A DNA stretch of 50,630 bases, taken from the IMG/VR virus record IMGVR_UViG_3300010048_000017, positions 1 through 50,630 of that record; one strand, given 5' to 3'. The DNA comes from a virus. Lineage: Duplodnaviria; Caudoviricetes. Shown here piece after piece: positions 9,206 through 17,317 of the stretch. The translations under genes were made by a program, and so were the position numbers. Position 1 is the stretch's first letter; every line of letters begins with the position of its first letter. The notes beneath the pieces were generated by a model. That model was not told the DNA's origin. It made no database searches and saw only the letters and a list, made by a program, of their open reading frames with translations.

Positions 9206-9924
9206 TACCGCCACCACCCCACGGGCACACCGGGGCCGCCGCACTCGTGCTCGTCGGCGCGCATCAGATGCGTCATGTCGTCGGGTCCGTTCGGGTTGAA
9301 CGTCTCGCCGCACAGCGCGCACAACGCCTCACGCCCGGCAGCGCCCTCGCTCAGACGCCAGAACTCGGCGTCGTGCTTGCCCGGCGTCCCCGGCGCGATC
9401 TGCTCAATGGGGAACAGATCACAGATCAGCCCCGTGTCGAGATTGCAGTACGTCACGATCGTGTCGTCGCCGTCGAGCGCCGGGTGATCATCTGCCCAGA
9501 CGCGCAGACGGTCAAGCGCGTCGTGATAGTCGTCGAACGCGAGCGCGCGCAGATCGTCGGGGTCGAGAGGGTCGGTCAGCGGCGTGCCGTCCACGTGCGG
9601 GCTGTACTGGCCGCGCTCGCGCACGACGACAAGCCCGCTCGGGATGCCCTCGACGCTGATCGCGTCGTACACGTTCGCGAGACGGTCGCGCAACGTGTCG
9701 AACGCCGCCCCGTCAAGACGCTGGCTCAGCGCGACGATCGCGTCAACGAGCGGCAGCCCGCCGGCGGGCAGCAGCGCCGTCGCGAGCACGACGCGATTCG
9801 CATCGTCGAGCCCCTCGCCGGCGAGCGATTCTGCGTACTGCTCGATGGTCACGCCGGGGCACCCGAACCCGCCGAACATGTCATGCGGGTCGTGTGGCTT
9901 GCCGGCGAACTCGCAGTCAGTCAT
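9205..9924 (-). CDS. Hypothetical protein with Cys/His motifs
   Basis: 239-aa ORF in a tightly packed leftward operon. Confidence 0.75.
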   Translation of the reverse strand: MTDCEFAGKPHDPHDMFGGFGCPGVTIEQYAESLAGEGLDDANRVVLATALLPAGGLPLVDAIVALSQRLDGAAFDTLRDRLANVYDAISVEGIPSGLVVVRERGQYSPHVDGTPLTDPLDPDDLRALAFDDYHDALDRLRVWADDHPALDGDDTIVTYCNLDTGLICDLFPIEQIAPGTPGKHDAEFWRLSEGAAGREALCALCGETFNPNGPDDMTHLMRADEHECGGPGVPVGWWR

Positions 9925-9926
9925 GT

Positions 9927-10637
9927 CTACTCACTCCCCATCACGAACCCGCACGCGCGGCACGTCGCGGGCTCGCCGTCGTCCCACTGGCGGCGCGAGC
10001 AGCGCGGGCAGTCAGCGTCGTGCGGGTGGTCTGCGAGATCTTGCGCGCGCAAGATCGCAAGCGTCGCGCTCGGGATGACGTTCGCGCTGATGTTGGTCGT
10101 GTCGAACGGCATCGCGGTCAGCGTGTACTGCCCCTGATGGCGTCGCGTGCCAGCGTCAGCGCGCCAGCCCCCGCGCCACGGCGACGCGGTTGCGAAGTCT
10201 CCGCGCTGCGCCTCGATCCAGTCGAGCGACCGGCCGGCGACAGTGTTGCAGTGGTTCATCGCTGCCATGTCGTCAACGAACACCCCGAGCAGCACCGACT
10301 GACCGACGCTCAGACCGGGGCCTTGCGCGACGTACACGACGCGCTGCTCCGGGGTCACGCTGTCGGGCGTCTCGACGCCGTCAACGTCACAGTCGAACTG
10401 CTCGACGGCGAACGACCCGCCGGCGCGCGGGGCGAGCACCCACAGCCCGCCTATGTGCGTGCTCTCACGGTCACGCTCATACGCGTAGTCGATGACGTCG
10501 CTGTCACCGATCATGCGGGCGAGCCCATACTCGGCGTCGTACGTCACGAGCGCGGAATGCCCGCCCTGCGGGTCGCTGGCCAAGTCGGCAGCGACCGTCG
10601 CGAGATACGCGCTCAGTGTGTCTGTGGTCAGATTCAT
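9927..10637 (-). CDS. Hypothetical protein with C-terminal Zn ribbon
   Basis: GGTGATC SD; CPRC...CRACG. Confidence 0.75.
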   Translation of the reverse strand: MNLTTDTLSAYLATVAADLASDPQGGHSALVTYDAEYGLARMIGDSDVIDYAYERDRESTHIGGLWVLAPRAGGSFAVEQFDCDVDGVETPDSVTPEQRVVYVAQGPGLSVGQSVLLGVFVDDMAAMNHCNTVAGRSLDWIEAQRGDFATASPWRGGWRADAGTRRHQGQYTLTAMPFDTTNISANVIPSATLAILRAQDLADHPHDADCPRCSRRQWDDGEPATCRACGFVMGSE

Positions 10638-10659
10638 TGTTGATCACCAATCGTTGTGC

Positions 10660-10725
10660 GTCTCGGGCGAATCTGCCCGATTGGGGCGCTCACGTGCTCG
10701 ACGCGAACGCCCCGACCGGTCAGCG
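10660..10725 (-). repeat. Intergenic structured element, copy 1
   Basis: CGCTGACCG-[13-bp stem]-CAATCGGGCAGATTCGCCCGAGAC; matches the copies at 12724 and 20718. Confidence 0.85.
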
Positions 10726-10929
10726 CGCTTGCTGCTGCTTGCGCGCCCACGCGATCACAGCGGCTTTGGCCGGCTGATACTGGCTGTCGTTGCGGATCGT
10801 CGCGAGCACTTGCTCACGTGTCATCGCGACCGGGGCGGTCAGCGGCCCGCCGCAGATCTCGCACGTGCTCGCGACCGTGGTGTGAAACGCACACCCCTTG
10901 ACGCACGTGCGCAGTTGATACGTCTTCAC
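10720..10929 (-). CDS. Small Zn-ribbon protein
   Basis: CVKGC...CEICG; GGTGATC SD; first gene after promoter cassette A. Confidence 0.75.
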   Translation of the reverse strand: MKTYQLRTCVKGCAFHTTVASTCEICGGPLTAPVAMTREQVLATIRNDSQYQPAKAAVIAWARKQQQAR

Positions 10930-10951
10930 TTGAGATCACCAATCTCTTGAT

Positions 10952-11010
10952 TGAACTGTACGATTAAAGTGTATCTCACGCGCGCGCGGGACGCAAATAG
11001 AGTTTAACGA
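10952..11010 (-). promoter_or_regulatory. SigA-type promoter cassette A
   Basis: TTGCGT-17nt-TACACT-TTAATCGTACAGTTCA; near-identical to cassettes B and C. Confidence 0.8.
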
Positions 11011-11067
11011 TTGCTCGCGTCAATTCCGGTAGGCTCAGCCCCGGCTGCGGGGCAGTCGTAGGCCGGT

Positions 11068-11181
11068 AGCAGTTGAGGCCGTCCGGTGGCTTGCGCGGGC
11101 GTATTCCCCTGCACGGGTGCTCGCGTGGCCGCGCTAGTGGTGCAGCACTGGCGCTCGCGGGTTCAAATCCCGTCGCTGCTT
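11068..11181 (+). ncRNA. tRNA-like structured RNA lacking a canonical anticodon loop
   Basis: Acceptor-like stem AGCAGTT/CGCTGCT, D-arm with GG, canonical T-arm GCGGG-TTCAAAT-CCCGT, two long arms with complementary loops; no encoded CCA. Confidence 0.7.
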
Positions 11182-11240
11182 CGCAGCTTTGAGCTCGCGC
11201 GCACGACTGACCGCGGTGCGCCTGGTGGATGTGTCCGCCC

Positions 11241-11332
11241 TCACACCCCCAACGTTAAAGTCTATTTGTGTTCCCGCGCGAACCGGGATACACTTTAATC
11301 GTACAGTTCAGAACGCACAGACAGGTGATCCA
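11241..11332 (+). promoter_or_regulatory. SigA-type promoter cassette B plus RBS
   Basis: TTGTGT(11266)-17nt-TACACT(11289), then GTACAGTTCAGA..CAGACAGGTGATCC. Confidence 0.8.
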
Positions 11333-11602
11333 ATGAGCAAGATCGAGACGATCCTCAAAGATCGTGACTACGTCGTGAGCGACTCGCTGATCGCCCCGTT
11401 CGGGGCAAGCGCCGTGTACGAAATGGCGTTCGACTTTTCGATCATGCGCGTCGTGCTCGACGCCGACGAGGTCGATGTCACGATCTACGCGCTGACCGCG
11501 CACAGCCAAGTCGAGCGCTATCACGTCGCGCTGAGCAACGCGCCCGCGACCGTGCTGATCGCCACGCTTGAATCAGTCGAGACTGAGTGCGAGGACAACT
11601 GA
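11333..11602 (+). CDS. Hypothetical early protein
   Basis: AGGTGATCC SD, ATG 11333. Confidence 0.8.
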   Translation: MSKIETILKDRDYVVSDSLIAPFGASAVYEMAFDFSIMRVVLDADEVDVTIYALTAHSQVERYHVALSNAPATVLIATLESVETECEDN

Positions 11603-11811
11603 TGACGTTCTACGCGAGCGAGCGCCGCATGCGCGCCGAACTGCTCGACATGGGACTCGACAAGATCTCGACGCGCCGCATGCTGATCAGCGCGCGACGT
11701 GGCAGCACAGTCGATCTGTCGTGCGGGCAGTCGCTTCGCTTTGTTGACGGTCTGTTCGCCATCGACGGCGAGTACGTGCCCCCGAGCATCGGGGCACGCG
11801 ACGACTTGTGA
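11602..11811 (+). CDS. Hypothetical early protein
   Basis: TGATG coupling at 11602. Confidence 0.7.
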   Translation: MTFYASERRMRAELLDMGLDKISTRRMLISARRGSTVDLSCGQSLRFVDGLFAIDGEYVPPSIGARDDL

Positions 11812-11819
11812 GCGACTTT

Positions 11820-11853
11820 CGCAACGCCCCGGCCAGCGCGCCGGGGCGTTGTG
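11820..11853 (+). terminator. Intrinsic terminator-like hairpin
   Basis: CAACGCCCCGG / CCGGGGCGTTG stem between a stop and the next promoter. Confidence 0.7.
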
Positions 11854-11860
11854 TTGGCTG

Positions 11861-11950
11861 TCACACCCCGATCGTTAAACTCTATTTGCGTGGTCGAACG
11901 CCATGCGATACACTTTAACTGTACAGTTCAGACACAGACAGGTGATCCAC
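11861..11950 (+). promoter_or_regulatory. SigA-type promoter cassette C plus RBS
   Basis: TTGCGT(11886)-17nt-TACACT(11909); direct repeat of cassette B with a different spacer. Confidence 0.8.
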
Positions 11951-12325
11951 ATGAGCAACGTTTACGACCACCACCGGGGGCGCGCAGTCGTCTCGCTCGC
12001 GAGCCGGCGCAACCGGCTCGCTGCTGACTTTCCCGGTTGGGGCAGCCCCGACTATGCGAAGTTTCTCATCCCCATGATCGGCGGGCTCGCCGGCGTCATC
12101 ACTGACGTCGAGTCGCACGGCAACGCCCCGCACACCCGCTACTGCGTCCGGTTCGACGACGGGTCGCGCGCGAGCGGGGTCGTGCTGGGCGTTGACTTCA
12201 CTTGGGCTGACGGCAGCGACGTCGCTGACACGCCGGCGTTTCGCGCGAACATCACCCCGACGATCAAGCGCATGTACGCGACCGATGAGCGCGTGATGCG
12301 CGCAGCGCGCGGGGGCACGCGATGA
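11951..12325 (+). CDS. Hypothetical early protein
   Basis: AGGTGATCC SD, ATG 11951. Confidence 0.8.
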   Translation: MSNVYDHHRGRAVVSLASRRNRLAADFPGWGSPDYAKFLIPMIGGLAGVITDVESHGNAPHTRYCVRFDDGSRASGVVLGVDFTWADGSDVADTPAFRANITPTIKRMYATDERVMRAARGGTR

Positions 12326-12729
12326 TCACGATCGTCGCGCAGTCCCGGCGCAACAGCGAGTCGTCGTGTTGGCAGACCGTTGATCACATGAGCGAGCGCG
12401 ACGTCGAGCGGCAGAACGCCGAGTGCGGGTGGCGCAAGTACCGGCTCGCCCGGCGCGTGCTGAACGTCAACGATCAGGCGGCGCTGCTCGTGCTCGCGAC
12501 CGAGGGGCGGGGGCGCGCGACGACCGGCGATGAGCCGGGCGCGCTGCACGTCTCGTGGCGGCAGCATCTTGACCGCCTCGCGCAGACCGAACTCGTTGAC
12601 GCGTTCAGCGAGCACGGGTCACTCGCGACCGACCCCGGTCGCACGTTCTATGAGATCACTGAGCAAGGGCTCGACGTGCTCGCTGCGATACGCGAGCGTC
12701 ACGCCGCCGAGTGCTGCGACTGCCGCTGA
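12322..12729 (+). CDS. Hypothetical protein, possible winged-helix C-terminus
   Basis: ATGA overlap; YEITEQGLDVL motif. Confidence 0.65.
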   Translation: MITIVAQSRRNSESSCWQTVDHMSERDVERQNAECGWRKYRLARRVLNVNDQAALLVLATEGRGRATTGDEPGALHVSWRQHLDRLAQTELVDAFSEHGSLATDPGRTFYEITEQGLDVLAAIRERHAAECCDCR

Positions 12730-12806
12730 CCGTTTGCGTGCTGTTCGTTACGCGTAACGCGTTTCGCATAACGAGCAGTCGCGCAATCGGGCAGACCGCC
12801 CGAGAC
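12724..12806 (+). repeat. Intergenic structured element, copy 2
   Basis: CGCTGACCG-[long stem]-CAATCGGGCAGACCGCCCGAGAC. Confidence 0.85.
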
Positions 12807-12828
12807 ACAAGATCAGGGAATGGTGACC

Positions 12829-13515
12829 ATGAGCAACGACGACGTCGTCAAGACGATCGACGACGACACGATCGCCCGCTGGGCGATGGCTGAACTCAAT
12901 CAGATGCAACTCGTCTGCGAGCAAGACTGGCCGGGCGAGTGCGACGCTGCGTGCCCCGGCGCGGGCGTCCCGTTCGACGTCACGTCAGTGCGCGAGTTCG
13001 CGAACTACCGCGACGTCAACGAGGTGTTGATGCACGCCGTCAAATACGCGTGCGACGTCACCGACTCGCAAGCGACGGCGATGCTGACCGCCCGCGACTG
13101 CGCGCTTGGCAACCGGGTGATCGCGCTGCTCGACGCGCGTCTCGCCGCCCAAGCCGAAGCGATCAACGACAGTCATCCGATGACGCGTCAAGAGTTCGTG
13201 CAGACGATGATCGACAATGGCGTGCCCGACGCTGAACTGTGCGACTTCGGGATCGGCGACGTGCCGAACGGCCACTTGCCCAACGGTGAGGGGCTGATCG
13301 TGTCGTCGTTCGACGGCGGGCTCGCCCACGACCGACTGCCCCCGCTGGTGAGCGCCGGCCGGTATGAGTCGATCGCAGTGAACGCCGCCCGCTGGCCCGA
13401 CCGTCAGGGGCTCGACTTCAACGATCCGATCGAGTTCGTTGAGGGCACGCCCGAGCAAGTGCTCGCGCAGATCGCCACTTGGGCGGGCGCGAACAGCGAC
13501 ATGCCGACTATCTAG
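12829..13515 (+). CDS. Hypothetical protein
   Basis: ORF of about 228 aa; start at 12820 or 12829. Confidence 0.75.
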   Translation: MSNDDVVKTIDDDTIARWAMAELNQMQLVCEQDWPGECDAACPGAGVPFDVTSVREFANYRDVNEVLMHAVKYACDVTDSQATAMLTARDCALGNRVIALLDARLAAQAEAINDSHPMTRQEFVQTMIDNGVPDAELCDFGIGDVPNGHLPNGEGLIVSSFDGGLAHDRLPPLVSAGRYESIAVNAARWPDRQGLDFNDPIEFVEGTPEQVLAQIATWAGANSDMPTI

Positions 13516-13535
13516 TTTCTAGATAGTAGATAGTC

Positions 13536-13572
13536 GAACGCGCCCCCCGGCAGCCGACCGGGGGGCGCGTTC
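13536..13572. terminator. Bidirectional terminator between convergent operons
   Basis: GAACGCGCCCCCCGG / CCGGGGGGCGCGTTC perfect stem. Confidence 0.8.
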
Positions 13573-13582
13573 TTGCGGTGGA

Positions 13583-15316
13583 TCACACGACGTCGTCGAG
13601 ATCGATCTCAGCAGCACGAGCGGTCAAGATCTGGATCGCGAGCGCGCCCTGCGCGGGCACGAGCCCGTTGCCGATGATGCGCAGCATCGCCGCGCGCGAC
13701 AAGTTCTCAACGCCGGTCACCCACCCGTCAGGCAAGCCCATCATCCACTCACTGAACCGGGGGTTGAGCCGCCAGTCTCCATTTCGATTAGGCACTGCTG
13801 GGAGGGGTGCGGGTCGTCCCGTGATCGCTTCCCACGCTTTGATCGACGCTGTGAAGTCGTCGTCACCCACTCGCCAGATGAACCCCTCTGGAGCATCGCG
13901 CGTGTCAATCCCGCCAGCAGCAGTTCGCCGTTTCTTGCGCCGCCCCGTCGTTCGTTCCCCGACGTGCCGTCGCTGCCGGTCGGCGTCGGCAGCAGGCTCG
14001 ACGTCGTGCGCAAGTCGTTCGCGCCCTGCCTGGTGGACGACTCCCACGGTCCCCCGTTGCCGTCGCTCGCTTTCGGCGTCGGCATCGTCGTGCGCATCCC
14101 CGTCTCGACGATCTCGTTGAGCGGGCGCGCGTTCGTCCCGAGCAGGTTCGACGCTCCCGACTTCCAGTCCCGCGCCGCTGGCGTCGGCAGATTCGCCGCG
14201 CCGAGCGCCCACGACACCCCCGGCACCAGCAGATCGCCCGCCGTGTTGTGCGACGCCCGGTTCGTCGTCGGCGTCGGCAGCAACGCTGAAGCTGCGTCGT
14301 TGAGCGTCACCTCGTGCGTCCGTCTCCCGTCGTCGCCCGTGCGCGGGCGGCTCAGCTGCGGATCCGCGCCCCGTTTCCCGTCGCCCGCCCCCGGCGTCGG
14401 CAGTCGCGCTGCGACTGCTCCCATCATCAGATCCCCCGACGACCCGCGCGCGTTCGGCCCGCCCTTGGGCCCGTCGCTCGCCCTCGGCGTCGGCATCATC
14501 TGATGCTCGATCACGTCGCTCAGATACACCTGATGCCCCCGCCGCTGGTCGGGATGCTGACTGCCCCCGTGATCCGCCTCGTACGCCTGCGGCGTCGGCA
14601 GCGTGCTCGCGATCATCCCGATCGTCAGGCCAAACCCGTTCGCGTTCCGCGCTGCGCTGCCCCCGGCCTGCCTCGATTGCTGCTCGCGTGCGCGTCTCGC
14701 TTGCCACGTCTCGGGCTTGCCCTCGAAATGCGAGGCATCCGGGGTCGGCAACGTCGCGGCGCCACGCCCAAACGAAAGCACGAGCGCGCTCGTGCGGCGC
14801 TCCCACGTCGGACGCGCGAACGACGCACCATTCCGTGTCATACCTGATGTTGGCCAAGTCTCCGAGAACACGTCCGAGTGCGCGCAGAGCAGATTTTGAG
14901 TCAAGCCCTCCCATACACCACGGGCAGGATTCCACGTCGCTATGTGCTTTGGCACTGGTCAGCCCTCGCGAGTTCTCGATGAACACGTAATCAGGTTTGA
15001 GCGTCGCGATCACGTATGCGATCCACGTCCACAGCCCCGACCGCGTGTCGGGGGCGATGCCCGCCCGCCGGCCCGCTGGGCTGATGTCTTGGCAGGGGAA
15101 GCCGACGACGATGACACGCGGGCGCTCGACGGTCGCCCACTCGACGTGCTTGATGTCCCCCAGGTTCGGGCCCGCGTACCGCTCGCTCAGCAGCGTCGCA
15201 ACGTCGCCGTCGTTGTCCGCGGTCCAGATCGTTCGCGCCCCGTCGAAGATCGCCGCGATCGCAGCGTCAGCGCCCATGTACCCCGAGCACAGCGACCCGA
15301 CAGTCAGCTCATCCAT
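13583..15316 (-). CDS. DNA (cytosine-5) methyltransferase with a very long variable region
   Basis: Motif I CSGYMG, IV GFPCQD, VI ENS, VIII PHERARAF, IX/X LNPRFSEWMMGLPDGW and IIGNG. Confidence 0.9.
   Translation of the reverse strand: MDELTVGSLCSGYMGADAAIAAIFDGARTIWTADNDGDVATLLSERYAGPNLGDIKHVEWATVERPRVIVVGFPCQDISPAGRRAGIAPDTRSGLWTWIAYVIATLKPDYVFIENSRGLTSAKAHSDVESCPWCMGGLDSKSALRALGRVLGDLANIRYDTEWCVVRASDVGAPHERARAFVWAWRRDVADPGCLAFRGQARDVASETRTRAAIEAGRGQRSAERERVWPDDRDDREHAADAAGVRGGSRGQSASRPAAGASGVSERRDRASDDADAEGERRAQGRAERARVVGGSDDGSSRSATADAGGGRRETGRGSAAEPPAHGRRRETDARGDAQRRSFSVAADADDEPGVAQHGGRSAGAGGVVGARRGESADASGAGLEVGSVEPARDERAPAQRDRRDGDAHDDADAESERRQRGTVGVVHQAGRERLAHDVEPAADADRQRRHVGERTTGRRKKRRTAAGGIDTRDAPEGFIWRVGDDDFTASIKAWEAITGRPAPLPAVPNRNGDWRLNPRFSEWMMGLPDGWVTGVENLSRAAMLRIIGNGLVPAQGALAIQILTARAAEIDLDDVV
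13741..14955 (-). CDS. Nested +1-frame ORF with eight (L/M)PTP repeats; putative MTase partner or target-recognition subunit
   Basis: 404 codons open entirely inside the MTase gene; GAGGG SD before GTG; periodic repeats. Confidence 0.6.
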   Translation of the reverse strand: MPKHIATWNPARGVWEGLTQNLLCAHSDVFSETWPTSGMTRNGASFARPTWERRTSALVLSFGRGAATLPTPDASHFEGKPETWQARRAREQQSRQAGGSAARNANGFGLTIGMIASTLPTPQAYEADHGGSQHPDQRRGHQVYLSDVIEHQMMPTPRASDGPKGGPNARGSSGDLMMGAVAARLPTPGAGDGKRGADPQLSRPRTGDDGRRTHEVTLNDAASALLPTPTTNRASHNTAGDLLVPGVSWALGAANLPTPAARDWKSGASNLLGTNARPLNEIVETGMRTTMPTPKASDGNGGPWESSTRQGANDLRTTSSLLPTPTGSDGTSGNERRGGARNGELLLAGLTRAMLQRGSSGEWVTTTSQRRSKRGKRSRDDPHPSQQCLIEMETGGSTPGSVSG

Positions 15317-15812
15317 TGATCGCCTCGTCGAGTGTCATCTGCGAGTACGGCACGCGCAACGCGGGCGGCATGCGCGCGGGGTGCAGTTGCAGGATCAGTC
15401 GCCGGTAGATCAGCGTTTCGCCCACGTGGCGGAATTTGGCTCGCCGGTAGCAGTAGCCGGGCAGGTCTGATGCGATCGCGTCTGCGTCGACGAATGTGAT
15501 CATCCCGTGCTCGGGCACGTCGGGCCAGATGTGGCGGGTGTGCGCGACGGCGAGCGTGATGAGCTCGCTCGACAGCAGCGTGCCCTCATTGCGGAACAGC
15601 GTGTTGATCCATGTGCCCGCCCACTGGTCGCGTCTGACCTCGGGCCACGACGTGACCCACCCAGCGGACCCGTCGAACGTTTTGAGCACGACGCACCGGC
15701 CGGGCGGCACGAACTGATCAGCGCCGACGTGAACGCGCGGGTAATGCCGGTCGGCCATCTTGGCGAGCGTCGGGTCAGCGCGCCACGACAGACGCCACGG
15801 CGACTCACTCAT
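15309..15812 (-). CDS. Mom-like (GNAT-fold) putative DNA-modification protein
   Basis: ADRHYPR, NTLFRNEG..SSELI, GMITFVD, PGYCYRRAKF motifs; adjacent to MTases. Confidence 0.6.
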   Translation of the reverse strand: MSESPWRLSWRADPTLAKMADRHYPRVHVGADQFVPPGRCVVLKTFDGSAGWVTSWPEVRRDQWAGTWINTLFRNEGTLLSSELITLAVAHTRHIWPDVPEHGMITFVDADAIASDLPGYCYRRAKFRHVGETLIYRRLILQLHPARMPPALRVPYSQMTLDEAING

Positions 15813-16083
15813 CGAACAGCGCAGCTTCGTCATAGATCACGAGCGACGTTGAGACGCCGGTCGGTGGGTCGGGGAATTTGACGTACAGCAGCGCGCCCGC
15901 GCTCACGAGGTCAACCGGCGCGAGCGTCGCGCACCAGTGCCCGTCAGGGCCGATGACGTGCGCGTGCCCGAAAGACAGCACGTCTGACATGACCATGCGG
16001 GCGATACGCCGGCGTTTCTCATCGCGCTGCCAGCGGATCGACAGACGATCAGCCCACGCGCCCCAGTGTGGATGCTCGCTCAT
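15805..16083 (-). CDS. Hypothetical protein
   Basis: TGATG coupling to the Dam-like gene. Confidence 0.65.
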   Translation of the reverse strand: MSEHPHWGAWADRLSIRWQRDEKRRRIARMVMSDVLSFGHAHVIGPDGHWCATLAPVDLVSAGALLYVKFPDPPTGVSTSLVIYDEAALFDE

Positions 16084-16922
16084 CACCACAACCCCTCAAC
16101 TGCGTCGTGCGGGAACGGGCGGTTGCTCCACACAACCTCGAGCCGCGCCCGCTCAACGCCGTTGCCCGCCCCAGCGGTCGCGGGGATCTCGTGGCAGCGC
16201 CAACCGGCGTACAACTTGTCATACAGATCTGAGTGATAGCCCGAGATCACGACCGCCGCCGCGGCCGAGTTCAGCGCCTCAGCGAGCGCGACATGCTCAG
16301 ACTCGTCGAGCATTTCGTACGCGTACCGCTTGTCCGTTGACCACCTGGCCAAACCCGGGTACGGCGGATCCGCGTACAGCAGCACGTCTGAGTGCTTGCC
16401 GTACAACTCGACGAGTTCAAGCGCCGGCCTGCATTCCAGCGACACGCGCATCAACCTCGCGGCAGCGGCGGGCATGCGCCCGACGTAGGCGGCGAGATAG
16501 TCGGGCATCGACGAATGCGTGCCCGCTGGGTCTTGGTAATACCGCCAGCCGGTGATGCGCCCCAGATGCGCCCCCCGGCCTTGCGTCAAGCAGACCCACA
16601 CCCGCCGCGCGAGCTCAACGTCATCGAGGCCCGCCTCCAGCAGGTCGGCGCCGTCGTGCTCGGCGCGCGCGTGCGGCGTCAAAGCGCACGCCCGTTCAAG
16701 ATCTCGCGGGCGGTCGCGCAGCACCCGCCAGAACGTCATCAGCGCCCCGTTGATGTCGTTGACTGTCTCCATGTCGCTTGGCCGCTTGGCCAGCAGCACG
16801 GCCAGCGAACCGGCGTACAACTCGACGTAGTGACCGTGCGGGGGGAAACACGCCGCGATGCGGTCAGCGATCCTTGTCTTGCCCCCGAAGTAAGTCGCCG
16901 GCGGCTTGATCGGCTGGCTCAT
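16083..16922 (-). CDS. DNA adenine methyltransferase (Dam/D12 class)
   Basis: YFGGK, YVELYAGSLAV, ETVNDIN, YADPPY; ATGA start overlap at 16922. Confidence 0.92.
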   Translation of the reverse strand: MSQPIKPPATYFGGKTRIADRIAACFPPHGHYVELYAGSLAVLLAKRPSDMETVNDINGALMTFWRVLRDRPRDLERACALTPHARAEHDGADLLEAGLDDVELARRVWVCLTQGRGAHLGRITGWRYYQDPAGTHSSMPDYLAAYVGRMPAAAARLMRVSLECRPALELVELYGKHSDVLLYADPPYPGLARWSTDKRYAYEMLDESEHVALAEALNSAAAAVVISGYHSDLYDKLYAGWRCHEIPATAGAGNGVERARLEVVWSNRPFPHDAVEGLW

Positions 16923-17317
16923 GCGATCGGAACCCCGTGCGTGCAACCGCACGGCCAAGCGGCGCGCACGATCGCGGTCCCGACCTTCTTGCACGAGACG
17001 GGGCCGGCCCGCTGGCAGGGCCGGTCGCCGTGCGGTTTGTGATTGCACACCGGGCAGCGGAACGACTCGGCATCGACACACGTCGCGTAATGCGACACGG
17101 CGCGGTGCTCGACGTCGGTCAGATGCTCGCCCGAGCGCAGCGGGCGGTAATACGTCTTGCCCCCCGACCACCACACCGCGAACGTGCCTTCGTGCGTGCA
17201 GCGCCGTCCGGGCCCGGGGCATTTCTCGGGGACAGTGAACGGGTGCCGTTGCCGGCCGTCGCGCCGCACCGCCCACACGATCTCTTGCGTGCAATGCTCG
17301 CCCCTGCATTCGCTCAT
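16919..17317 (-). CDS. Cys-rich hypothetical protein
   Basis: CRGEHC..IVW, SHYATC, CPVC; ATGA overlaps at both ends. Confidence 0.7.
   Translation of the reverse strand: MSECRGEHCTQEIVWAVRRDGRQRHPFTVPEKCPGPGRRCTHEGTFAVWWSGGKTYYRPLRSGEHLTDVEHRAVSHYATCVDAESFRCPVCNHKPHGDRPCQRAGPVSCKKVGTAIVRAAWPCGCTHGVPIA

Noticed and set aside
11068-11181. Canonical tRNA-Cys (loops contain UGCA)
   Set aside because: The loops are 6 nt, the arm at the anticodon position is about 34 nt rather than 17, and positions 8 and 14 are non-canonical.
13982-14750. CRISPR-like array from repeated GGCGTCGGCA
   Set aside because: The repeats are only 10 bp, irregularly spaced and encode LPTP; no cas genes.
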